Source of the DNA: an uncultured Gemmatimonadales bacterium
GTDB taxonomy: Bacteria; Gemmatimonadota; Gemmatimonadetes; Gemmatimonadales; GWC2-71-9
NCBI GenBank assembly: GCA_963844445.1
Contig: CAWJOB010000001.1
Location: 731,746 to 795,745 of the forward strand
Direction: 5' to 3'
Length of the DNA stretch: 64,000 nucleotides
Part shown: positions 27,965 to 36,502 of the stretch, in pieces
Layout of the letters: each line of letters starts with the position of its first letter
How positions within the stretch are numbered: position 1 is the first letter of the stretch
The notes under the pieces: generated by a model
What the model saw: only the letters and a program-made list of their open reading frames with translations
Told to the model about the DNA's origin: nothing
The model's database searches: none
Translations under genes and position numbers: made by a program

Positions 27965-27973
27965 GATAGTCTC

Positions 27974-28414
27974 CTACTCCCCCTCCTGCTCACGGTCCAC
28001 GTGCCCCAGCAGGTCGCTCACGTCGTCCGGCGTCATGCCGATGTCGCGAAGGATCTGCTCCCGGCTGGGCCGGGTGAAATCCACTCTGTGCGCCTTGAAG
28101 ATCAACTCGACCGCCAGCGGGGCGTCGAGACTCTGCTCCTGGAGCAGCTCCCAGCCCTGCTCATCGATGTGCCGGCGGCGCAGCGCCTCCAGCGACTCGA
28201 AGTCGGTCTCGGACCAGCGTCGGTCGTGGGGATTCCAGTAGCGTTCCCGGAGCGTGGCGCCGGGCTCCGCCCCGTCCCCCTCCACCACCGCCCGGGTGAC
28301 CACCGTGACGAGGTGGCTGCGCCTGGCGGGCAACGACTCGCTGGGTTGCTCGACCACCGCGGGCAGCGGCACTTCCTTCCCCAGTGGCTCGCCCGTCGGA
28401 TCTTCAAGCCGCAT
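27974..28414 (-). CDS. hypothetical protein (146 aa)
   Basis: ORF 27974..28414. ATG preceded by GAGGAG. No family recognised. Confidence 0.55.
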   Translation of the reverse strand: MRLEDPTGEPLGKEVPLPAVVEQPSESLPARRSHLVTVVTRAVVEGDGAEPGATLRERYWNPHDRRWSETDFESLEALRRRHIDEQGWELLQEQSLDAPLAVELIFKAHRVDFTRPSREQILRDIGMTPDDVSDLLGHVDREQEGE

Positions 28415-28457
28415 CGTCGGCTCCTCTCATCATGACTGGCCTCGGGCCGACGCCGCG

Positions 28458-29000
28458 TCAGGAGCGTGGCGCCTCGTGGTCGGTGAGCACCGGCAGGAAT
28501 GGCACCCAGGGTCCGACCTCGTCGCGGTACTGCTTCGCCATCACCCGCGAGACCTGGGCGACGTGCCCGAGATCGTGCACCACCCAGCTCGCCAACAGGT
28601 GCCGCAGCGTGACGGGGCCGAGGCCGGGATGGTTGCCCGGGAGGTCGAGCTCCGCGTCGCCGAGACGCCAGGAGCCGAGCAGCTCGAGGTTCGCGGCCCG
28701 CAGCTCGGCGAACTCGGCCAGCAGCGATTCCAGCGAGCGGCCGACGTTGCGGGCGCGGTGGCGGAAGCGGTCGTACGGCTCGAAGCGCGGATCGGCGCCG
28801 CGCGCCAGGATGATGCGCGCGCGTGGGATCCAGTCGGTCTCCTCGCCGTCGATGAGATGGCCCACCACGTCGAAGGGGCTGAAGGTATCGGGCCCTTCGG
28901 TGCCCCGGGCCCAGGGTTCGGCCACTCCATCGAGCAGCACCTGAAGCGTCGCGGGCGTTCGCCGGAGCACATCCATCGCGGTTTCCAGCTCGAATCTCAT
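28458..29000 (-). CDS. DinB superfamily protein
   Basis: ORF 28458..29045, probable start at ATG 29000: FDVVGHLIDGEETDWIPRARIIL..LASWVVHDLGHVAQ. Confidence 0.7.
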   Translation of the reverse strand: MRFELETAMDVLRRTPATLQVLLDGVAEPWARGTEGPDTFSPFDVVGHLIDGEETDWIPRARIILARGADPRFEPYDRFRHRARNVGRSLESLLAEFAELRAANLELLGSWRLGDAELDLPGNHPGLGPVTLRHLLASWVVHDLGHVAQVSRVMAKQYRDEVGPWVPFLPVLTDHEAPRS

Positions 29001-29137
29001 TTCGTGCCTGCCGTCCCCAAGGGTCGCCAGACTCCTTCGTCCCACCGTTGCACAATGAACTGGAGAGCGCCGAAGGGGAAGCGCGGTGCAAGCCCGCGGT
29101 GCAAGCCGAAGCCTTCTGTCCGTCTTTTCAGTTCACG

Positions 29138-29641
29138 ATGCGCGATCAACACCGACCCAAACAGGAGCTCTGCGACGAGGTGGCGGCCCTGCGCAAGCAG
29201 GTGGCCGACCTCAAGGCGGAGATGGTCGTGCGGCGCAGGGTCGAGGACGCGCTCCGTCTGTCCGAGCAGCAGCTCCGCGCCCTGGCCGACTCGGCGCCCG
29301 CCGGGCTCTGCATCATCCGGCCCGGCGGCACGGTGCGCTCGGCGAACCTGCCGTTCGCCCGGTTGCTCGGGTACGACTCCCCCGCCGAGCTCGCGCGGCT
29401 CAGCGACGTCCTCGGCGTCTTCGCCGGCCGGGAGGAGCTGGACCGGGTGCTCGCGATGGCGGAGCTTGCCGACCAGCGCACGGTGGGCGTGCTGTTTCGC
29501 CGGAAGGACGGGAGCCGGCAGTCGTTCGGCGTGATCGGTGTCGTGTGCGCCGAGTCCGACGCGGTCGCCATAGCGGTCCTCGAGCGCCAGCCGCAGCCGT
29601 GGCGCGCGCCGCCGCTGACGGGGACGGCGGGAGGGAAATAG
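29138..29641 (+). CDS. PAS-domain protein with N-terminal coiled coil
   Basis: In ORF 29048..29641, from ATG 29138: SEQQLRALADSAPAGLCIIRPGGTVRSANLPFARLLGYDSPAEL..FRRKDGS. Confidence 0.65.
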   Translation: MRDQHRPKQELCDEVAALRKQVADLKAEMVVRRRVEDALRLSEQQLRALADSAPAGLCIIRPGGTVRSANLPFARLLGYDSPAELARLSDVLGVFAGREELDRVLAMAELADQRTVGVLFRRKDGSRQSFGVIGVVCAESDAVAIAVLERQPQPWRAPPLTGTAGGK

Positions 29642-29664
29642 CCGGGGCTCGCCATCCCCTGCGG

Positions 29665-30108
29665 TTACGGCGGCCCGATCCGCAACCCGGTCGTGGCCAG
29701 CCGGATCTCACCCAGGAACATCAGCAGTCCGACGAACAGCGCCAGCATCGCCGCGACGAAGAGCAGTCCGATCACCAGGGACGCGTCGGTCTTCAGAAAC
29801 GCCCCGACGAACAGCGTCACGATCACCGCGCAGATGAGGAGCGCGCAGGTGGTGCAGAGGCCGATCGCGCGATTGATCAGCCGAGCCCGGCGCGAGAGCA
29901 GATCGAGCTCGCCGAGGGCGTGCGGCCGGAACTCCTCCGAGGCCACGGGAAGGCGTTCCTCGAGAACCCGGGCCCGGTCGATGATCCGCCCGAGCCGCTG
30001 GGCCAGCACGCCGAGCATCGCCCCGACGCCGGTGAGCAGGAAGACCGGCGCCACCGCGAGCTGGATGACATGGGCGACCGCGGTGATCTGCGTCTCGGCC
30101 TGCAGCAC
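29665..30108 (-). CDS. DUF2721 membrane protein
   Basis: ORF 29665..30108: VIQLAVAPVFLLTGVGAMLGVLAQRLGRIIDRARVLE. Confidence 0.7.
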   Translation of the reverse strand: MLQAETQITAVAHVIQLAVAPVFLLTGVGAMLGVLAQRLGRIIDRARVLEERLPVASEEFRPHALGELDLLSRRARLINRAIGLCTTCALLICAVIVTLFVGAFLKTDASLVIGLLFVAAMLALFVGLLMFLGEIRLATTGLRIGPP

Positions 30109-30111
30109 TCC

Positions 30112-30744
30112 TTACTCCTCCCCCTGGATCCCAAATACCCCCGCTCCGCCGGCCGCGCCGATCAGCGGGCCCACCACGTAGATCCAGATATCGCCCAGCG
30201 TCCCGTCGGCGAAGATGCTGTGCACCAGGATCGGCCCGAATCCCACGGCTGGATTGAACGCCCCGCCGGACAGCGGCCCGCCGGCGTACGCGGCGACCAC
30301 GATAGTGAATCCGATCGCCAGACCGTAGAACGAGTTTCCCTTGGTCTTCTGGATCGTGGCCACGTTGAGCACCACCAGTGTGAGCGCGAAGGTGTAAAGC
30401 GCCTCGACTGCGAGTGCCGTGGTGGCGCCGATGCCCTCGGCCGGGGCGATGGTGAAGGTCTGTCCCAGGATCCCGCGGACCGTCAGCGCGGCTGCCACCG
30501 CGCCGGCGAGCTGGGCCCCGATATAGGGCGGCACCTCGGACCAGGGCAGCTTCTTCCGCATCGCGCAGGCGATGCTGACCGCCGGGTTGTAGTGCGCACC
30601 CGACACGTGCCCGCCCATGAACACCATCACCATCAGCGCCCCGCCGATGGCCAGCGGCGCGAATGGCGTTCCGCCGAGCACGGTGAGCCCGATGGTGAGA
30701 ACCAGGAAGTAAATCCCGATGAATTCGGTGACGTATGCGCGCAT
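30112..30744 (-). CDS. aqpZ: aquaporin (MIP family)
   Basis: In ORF 30112..30804, from ATG 30744. Two NPA boxes: SGAHYNPAVS and GGAFNPAVG. Confidence 0.9.
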   Translation of the reverse strand: MRAYVTEFIGIYFLVLTIGLTVLGGTPFAPLAIGGALMVMVFMGGHVSGAHYNPAVSIACAMRKKLPWSEVPPYIGAQLAGAVAAALTVRGILGQTFTIAPAEGIGATTALAVEALYTFALTLVVLNVATIQKTKGNSFYGLAIGFTIVVAAYAGGPLSGGAFNPAVGFGPILVHSIFADGTLGDIWIYVVGPLIGAAGGAGVFGIQGEE

Positions 30745-30838
30745 GGCCGACCTCCTGGCAGGCAATCGTGACCGGCGGGAACGATGATCGGGCTGAGTGC
30801 CCAAGTTATCTTATCGAGGTTCCCAACAGGAGAGCCGC

Positions 30839-31594
30839 ATGCGAACCCTGATCCGCCTGGCGGTCGTCTCCGCCGCCCTCGGTGCCGCCTGCGGGGGCGG
30901 CCGTGGTGGTGGCGTGAGGCCGGCCGAGACGGCGGCGGCGCCGGCCCCGTTGTCGGACGACACCACCGGCCTCCGTCGGGTGCGATTCGCTCGTGGGACG
31001 ACGTCGGGGATTCTGAACGACAGCCTCCGGGCCGGCGAGACCCGCGGCTATCTCATCGGGGCGGAGCAGGGCCAGATAATGATGGTTCATGCGATCACCT
31101 GGCCGGTCCGGCGAGGAGAGGCGCCGCCCGCCACGGCGACGGTGCGGGTCTACTCGCTGGCCTTCGGGGGCGAGCTGACCGCTCCTTCGGGGTCGGGTCC
31201 ACTCTGGTCGGGACGCCTGCCCGCCACCGGAGACTTCATCGTCCGAGTGACCGCGACCGAACCGACCGCTTATACGCTGGCGGTGCAGATCCCCCGGCGG
31301 CTGTCGGTAGGGGAAGGCGATCCGACGGCGGCGATCACGGGGACCGCGCCCTCGCGCGCGCCGGTGGACTACATCATCGAGGGCGGGAGCGGCCGGACCC
31401 TGGCCGCGTCGGTGCGGGACCGCGACTCCGCCACGCTCCACCTGTACGGACTGGACGACGGCACCCAGCTGGCACCGCTCTCGGAGCGCCGGAAACTGTG
31501 GGCGGGCACGTTGCCGACCTCGCAGGACTACGTGATCAGCGTCGTGCCCGCCGACGAAGGGACGAGGTACGAGCTGACCGTCGCGCTTCGGTGA
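30839..31594 (+). CDS. hypothetical lipoprotein with an internal two-domain duplication
   Basis: In ORF 30797..31594, from ATG 30839 (RBS CAGGAGAG). Signal MRTLIRLAVVSAALGAACGG. Repeated ends: LWSGRLPATGDFIVRVTATEPTAYTLAVQI and LWAGTLPTSQDYVISVVPADEGTRYELTVAL. Confidence 0.65.
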   Translation: MRTLIRLAVVSAALGAACGGGRGGGVRPAETAAAPAPLSDDTTGLRRVRFARGTTSGILNDSLRAGETRGYLIGAEQGQIMMVHAITWPVRRGEAPPATATVRVYSLAFGGELTAPSGSGPLWSGRLPATGDFIVRVTATEPTAYTLAVQIPRRLSVGEGDPTAAITGTAPSRAPVDYIIEGGSGRTLAASVRDRDSATLHLYGLDDGTQLAPLSERRKLWAGTLPTSQDYVISVVPADEGTRYELTVALR

Positions 31595-31603
31595 TCATGG
31601 CGG

Positions 31604-32639
31604 TCAGGCCACGGTCTCGCCGCCGAGCACGGGGAGCACCTCTCCGGTGATGTAGCTGGAGCAGGCCGACGCGGCGAGGAACACGTAGGACGGCGCGATC
31701 TCCTCCGGCTGCGCCGGCCGCTTCATCGGCACCTCGGCCCCGAACTCCGCCACCTTCTTCGGCGTCCTGATCCGCGGGATTGAGCGGCGTCCACACCGGG
31801 CCCGGCGCGACGGCGTTCACCCGTATCCCGCGGTCCATCAGGTTCTGCGCCAGCGACTTGGTGAAGGCATGGATCGCGCCCTTGGTGGAGGCGTAGTCCA
31901 GCAGCTCCTTGCTGCCCTGGATGCCGGTCACCGAGCCGCTGTTGACGATCGCTCCGCCCTTCTTCAAGTGCCGCAGCGCGGCCCGGGCCATGTAGAAGTA
32001 GCCGTAGATGTTGGTCCGGAAGGTCCGGTCGAGCTGCTCGTCGGTGAGGTCCTCCAGCGAGGGGAGATGCTCCTGGAAGGCGGCGTTGTTGACCAGGATG
32101 TCGAGCCGGCCCAGCTGCTCGACGGTGGTGTCGACCGCCCGGTCGCAGAAGCCGGAATCGGTGACGTCGCCCGGGAGGAGGATCGCGCGGCGGCCCTCAC
32201 CCTCGACGGCGAGGCGGGTCTCCTCGGCGTCGTCGTCCTCGCTCAGGTAGACGATGGCGACGTCGGCGCCCTCGCGGGCGAAGAGGACGGCGACGGCGCG
32301 GCCGATACCGGAATCGCCGCCGGTGATGAGGGCGACCTTGCCCTCGAGCTTCCCCGATCCGCGGTACTCCGGCGCCAGGAACTTGGGCCGAGGCTCCAGG
32401 TCGGACTCGAGGCCGGGCTTCGCGAGATGCTGCTTCGGCAGCGGTGGCTCGGGATATTTCCGCTGCCCGGCCTGCACCGCGCCTTCCTGCTTGCCGCGGC
32501 TGGTCACCTCGCTGTCCCGGCGCCGCTGCTCCGCCTCGCGCTGGAGCTTCCGGTCGGATCGGGCCTTCGCCTTGCCGGCGGCCGCGCTACCCGCCTTCTT
32601 GGCGCCGGACCACCGCGCGCCCTTCTTCTTTACCGCCAC
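31604..32639 (-). pseudogene. SDR oxidoreductase (YhdF/YghA-like) with a Lys/Arg-rich N-terminal extension; one frame break
   Basis: ORF 31536..32639: GKVALITGGDSGIGRA, NNAA, YASTKGA, PGPVWTPLNPADQD. The frame breaks near 31775. Own translation of the shifted frame gives PKKVAEFGAEVPMKRPAQPEEIAPSYVFLAASACSSYITGEVLPVLGGETVA*, with the stop at 31604-31606. Confidence 0.8.
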
Positions 32640-32816
32640 GATGCGCCTCCCGCAGATTCAAGCGATTGTTCCTCGACATGCCGTATGCAGTGACTCACCG
32701 TACGCCTGCGTTTGGGCCGATGCGGTGATCCCCCTCACCAGGTCGCGCGAGCGAAACACCCGGCTCGAGCGAGCCGTAGAGCCCCTGACCCCGCATCACA
32801 GACCGAGGAGAGCACG

Positions 32817-33263
32817 ATGATCCCCCGATATGGGCTGTCGCTCGCTTTGTTGCTGGTTCCCATCGCCGCCCATGCCCAGACCGCCGCCGACTCATCCTCC
32901 ATCCGCGCCACGGCGCTCGACTACGTCGAGGGGTGGTACGAGGGGAACCCGGAGCGCATGGGGCGAGCCCTCCATCCCGAGCTGGTCAAGCGTATCGTTG
33001 CCAGCGACACGGCCACCAAGCGCAGCGTCCTGGAGAACATGGGCGCATCGGCGCTGGTGAACGGCACCCGCCACGGATGGGGCAAGCAGACGCCCAAAGG
33101 GCGCCAGCAGAAGGAGGTGACCATCCTCGACGTCTTCGGCAATGCCGCCAGCGTCAAGGCGGTGATGGCCGACTGGATCGACTACATGCACATGGCGAAG
33201 GTGGACGGTCGCTGGGTGATCGTGAACGTGCTATGGGAGATGAAACCCGGGGCAAAGGGATGA
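32817..33263 (+). CDS. secreted NTF2-like (putative lumazine-binding) protein
   Basis: In ORF 32712..33263, from ATG 32817 (RBS GAGGAGAG). Signal LLLVPIAAHAQ, then ATALDYVEGWYEGNPERM. Confidence 0.65.
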   Translation: MIPRYGLSLALLLVPIAAHAQTAADSSSIRATALDYVEGWYEGNPERMGRALHPELVKRIVASDTATKRSVLENMGASALVNGTRHGWGKQTPKGRQQKEVTILDVFGNAASVKAVMADWIDYMHMAKVDGRWVIVNVLWEMKPGAKG

Positions 33264-34651
33264 GGGTATCGCAGCGGGTGGGCGCGCTCGCCATGCTGGT
33301 CTCGGCTGGTGTGATCGTAGCCGCCGGGTGGCGGTCCATCACACCGCCCGCCCCGCCGCCGGCCGACGCCGTGAATCCGGCACGCTCCAGCGCCTGGCTC
33401 TCCCGGCTGCCCGACGGCGAAGTGAAGCGGAAGTTCATCCTCGACTGCACCGGGTGCCACCAGTTCGACGAGAAGATCGCCCGCCCGCAGGGGACGCCGC
33501 GCAGCGAGGCGCAGTGGGCCGAGGCGGTGACTCGGATGCTGGGTTACGCCGGCGCCAGCACCAGTTTCCCGGTGATCGCGGCGGATCGCGATGCGAAGGC
33601 GACCGCGGCGTGGCTGGCGAAGAGCCTCGCGGCGGGCGACGTGGCCGACGCGCAGGTCCCGAGATCGCGGCAGGCGGACGTGCGGGAATACCCGATGCCG
33701 GTGGCGCAGGACCTTCCGCACGATCTGATGGTCGAGCCCAACGGCGACGTGGTGATCACCGGAATGTTCACTCACCGGCTCTACCGCCTGAAGCCGGAGA
33801 GCGGCGCGCTGAGCGAGATCCCGATCCCGGTGGCGGAGGGCGCCAATCCGCGGGCCATCGACCGCGATGCGTCGGGCCGCACGTGGGTGGTGCTGGGGCA
33901 GCCCAAGCAGCTCGCGTCCGTCGCTGCCGACACGCAGTGGCGCAGCTGGGACGTGGGGATGTATCCCCACAGCCTGGCCATGGCGCCCGACGGGAAGGTC
34001 TGGTTCAACGGGCACTTCACCCACGCGCCCGAGCTCATCGGCGTCGTCGATCCCGCCGGCGACAAAGTCACCACGTACCCGGTGCCGCCGCATCCCACCC
34101 TGGCGAAGGGGCCGGGTGGGCCGATCCCCTACGAGATCCGCGCGAGCCGCGACGGACGGATCTGGCTGAGCGAGCTCCAGGGCAACCGCCTCGTGGCATT
34201 CACCCCCAAGACGGGGAAGTTTCAGACCTTCACCATGCCGACGTCCCACAGCGGGCCTCGGCGATTCGACGTGGACACCAAGGGCATACTCTGGATCCCG
34301 GCCTACTCGGCGAACTTGCTGGTTCGGCTCGATCCCGCGACCGGCAAGTTCACCGAGATCCCGCTGCCCATGAAGGACGTGCTGCCATACGTCGCCCGGG
34401 TGGATCCGCGCGACGGCGCCGTCTGGCTGGGCTCCGCCGCGGCGGACGTGCTGCTGCGGTACGATCCAGGCTCCCGACGATTCGACACCTTCCCGCTGCC
34501 CAGCCGGGGCGCGCTGGTCCGGCATCTGGCGGTGGACCCGCGGGATGGCGCCGTCTGGCTGGCCTACGGCGCGTCGCCCGGGATTCCGGCGCGCGTAGCG
34601 CGGGTGACGGGGTATTCGCCGCCTACCGTTCTCAAAAAGCGTGAAAAGTGA
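33260..34651 (+). CDS. cytochrome c (CxxCH) domain fused to a virginiamycin-B-lyase-like beta-propeller
   Basis: In ORF 32933..34651; ATG 33260 overlaps the upstream stop (ATGA). One TM/signal helix. Heme motif CTGCH. Repeated blades: DGKVWFNG, DGRIWLSELQGNRLVAFTPKTGKFQTF, GILWIPAYSANLLVRLDPATGKFTEI, DGAVWLG. Confidence 0.7.
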   Translation: MRVSQRVGALAMLVSAGVIVAAGWRSITPPAPPPADAVNPARSSAWLSRLPDGEVKRKFILDCTGCHQFDEKIARPQGTPRSEAQWAEAVTRMLGYAGASTSFPVIAADRDAKATAAWLAKSLAAGDVADAQVPRSRQADVREYPMPVAQDLPHDLMVEPNGDVVITGMFTHRLYRLKPESGALSEIPIPVAEGANPRAIDRDASGRTWVVLGQPKQLASVAADTQWRSWDVGMYPHSLAMAPDGKVWFNGHFTHAPELIGVVDPAGDKVTTYPVPPHPTLAKGPGGPIPYEIRASRDGRIWLSELQGNRLVAFTPKTGKFQTFTMPTSHSGPRRFDVDTKGILWIPAYSANLLVRLDPATGKFTEIPLPMKDVLPYVARVDPRDGAVWLGSAAADVLLRYDPGSRRFDTFPLPSRGALVRHLAVDPRDGAVWLAYGASPGIPARVARVTGYSPPTVLKKREK

Positions 34652-34737
34652 ACGGTGAACAGTGAAAAGGGATGGTCGCCCTTTTACCGTTCACCGTTCA
34701 CGCTTTTCTATCGTTGTTCACGCTTTTCTGTCGTTGC
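34634..34737. repeat. inverted arrays of GTGAAMN heptamers plus a tandem GTTCACGCTTTTCT(A/G)TCGTT pair; probable bidirectional terminator
   Basis: gtgaaaa gtgaacg gtgaaca gtgaaaa ggg / loop atggtcg / cccttttac cgttcac cgttcac gctttt. Then gttcacgcttttctatcgtt gttcacgcttttctgtcgtt. The repeat covers the last codons and the stop of the upstream gene. Confidence 0.85.
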
Positions 34738-34741
34738 GGGC

Positions 34742-36307
34742 CTATTCGCCGAGCTTGATCCGCTCCACCCGCCGGTTCTTCGCCTGAGTGTTGTAGACTC
34801 GGAGACTCACGATCGCCCCCGGCCTCATCCCCTTGAGCATATCGCGCAGCTCTGCCGCGGTCTTCACCGGCTTGCCCTCCACCTCGAGGATGATGTCCGG
34901 ACCGCCCCGGTCGGCGTCCACCAGCTCGCCCCAGGCCGGGCCGCCGGCGGTGACGTCGGTGACCACGAGCCCGCGTTGCGCGGCGGTGAGCTCGAAGCGG
35001 TCTACATCCTCCCGGCTGACCGGAGCGACCGTTACGCCGAGCCGGCCCAGGGCGGCGGCAGCGTCCGACTCACGTTCGCCGGCGCTCCTCCGCTCCGCTA
35101 ACGCGGTGGTGCCGGGCATGGCCTGCAGCTTGACGGCGTACGTCTTCCGGACGCCGCCCTTGCGGGCAACCTCCACCTTGACCGTCTCACCCGGCTGGCG
35201 GAAGGCGATCCGCTGCTGGAGCTGACCCACGTATTCGACCGGCTTGCCGTCCACGGTGATGATGATGTCGCCCGGCTCCAGCCCGGCCTTCTTCGCCCCC
35301 GAGCTGTCGGTGCCGAAGTCCTCGACCAGGACGCCCCGGATATCGGGAAGTCCCACGTAGGCGGCGTCGTTGGCCGACGCGTTCCGCACCGCGATGCCCA
35401 GCACCGAGCGGCGGACTTCACCGTGCGAGATGATCTGGTCCATCACTTGGCGGGCCAAATTGATCGGGATGGCGAAGCCGTAGCCCGAGTAGAACCCGGT
35501 TCGGCTGGCGATGGCCGAGTTGACCCCCAGGACCCGGCCGCTGGTGCTCACCAGGGGGCCTCCCGAATTGCCCGGGTTGATCGCGGCGTCGGTCTGAATG
35601 AAGTCCTGGATGCTGCGGTCGCTGGCGTTCGGCAGCTGCAGCGTGCGCCCCTTGGCGCTGATGATGCCCGACGTGACCGTGAACGTGAGGTTCTCGCCCA
35701 GCGGGTTCCCCACGGCAAGCACCCACTCGCCCACCCGGGCGGCGTCGCTGTCGCCCAGCGGGGCGGGCGTCAGGTTGGCCGCCTCGATCTTGAGAACGGC
35801 GAGGTCGGTGCCCGGGTCGGTTCCGACCACCTTGGCCTTGAATTCACGCCGGTCGAGCAGCCGCACCGTGACGACATCCGAACCGTCCACCACGTGGTCG
35901 TTGGTCAGGATGAATCCGTCGCGCGAGACGATGAAGCCCGATCCGGCCGCCTCCTGAAACTCGGGCGGCTGCATCTGGGGAAGCTGAGGCAGGAACTCCT
36001 CGAAGCCCGGAGGAAGCTGGAGCCGGGGCTGGCTCCGATCGTCCTGAGCGTTCCGCTTGCCCGACTTGATGAAGACCACGCTCGGCTTTACGGCCTCGGC
36101 CACCGAGGCGAAGGCCTCGCTCAGGCTCTGGAGGCCGGCGGCCGCGGCGGGTGGGGCCGGGGTGGCCGTCCCCGCGGCATACCGGCTGTCCTGCTGCTGG
36201 GCAAGTGAGGAACCGGGCAGATTGAGCAGGCCGGCGAGAATCAATCCGGCGAGAAAGGCCAGCACGATACCACCGACAGGCAGCCGGCGCAGTGAACCCT
36301 GAGGCAT
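34742..36307 (-). CDS. htrA: HtrA/DegP-family serine protease with two PDZ domains
   Basis: In ORF 34742..36412, from ATG 36307: GSGFIVSRDGFILTNDHVV, DLAVLKI, GNSGGPL. Followed by two PDZ-like regions. Confidence 0.9.
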   Translation of the reverse strand: MPQGSLRRLPVGGIVLAFLAGLILAGLLNLPGSSLAQQQDSRYAAGTATPAPPAAAAGLQSLSEAFASVAEAVKPSVVFIKSGKRNAQDDRSQPRLQLPPGFEEFLPQLPQMQPPEFQEAAGSGFIVSRDGFILTNDHVVDGSDVVTVRLLDRREFKAKVVGTDPGTDLAVLKIEAANLTPAPLGDSDAARVGEWVLAVGNPLGENLTFTVTSGIISAKGRTLQLPNASDRSIQDFIQTDAAINPGNSGGPLVSTSGRVLGVNSAIASRTGFYSGYGFAIPINLARQVMDQIISHGEVRRSVLGIAVRNASANDAAYVGLPDIRGVLVEDFGTDSSGAKKAGLEPGDIIITVDGKPVEYVGQLQQRIAFRQPGETVKVEVARKGGVRKTYAVKLQAMPGTTALAERRSAGERESDAAAALGRLGVTVAPVSREDVDRFELTAAQRGLVVTDVTAGGPAWGELVDADRGGPDIILEVEGKPVKTAAELRDMLKGMRPGAIVSLRVYNTQAKNRRVERIKLGE

Positions 36308-36502
36308 CTTGGTATCTCCATCGTGGGAAACCCGAGGCGGACGGGAGCCGCCCTGACACCGCTTGGAATGCCCGAGACGCCGCCGCCGTCGCGCCCACGT
36401 TGCTCTTCGCATCGACCGAAACGAGGCTTGCCTGGGGCCCGTAGTCAGGCCATCATCCGGCCCCGGGCGGGGCGCCCCAGGACACCGATAACGGAGAGGC
36501 TG

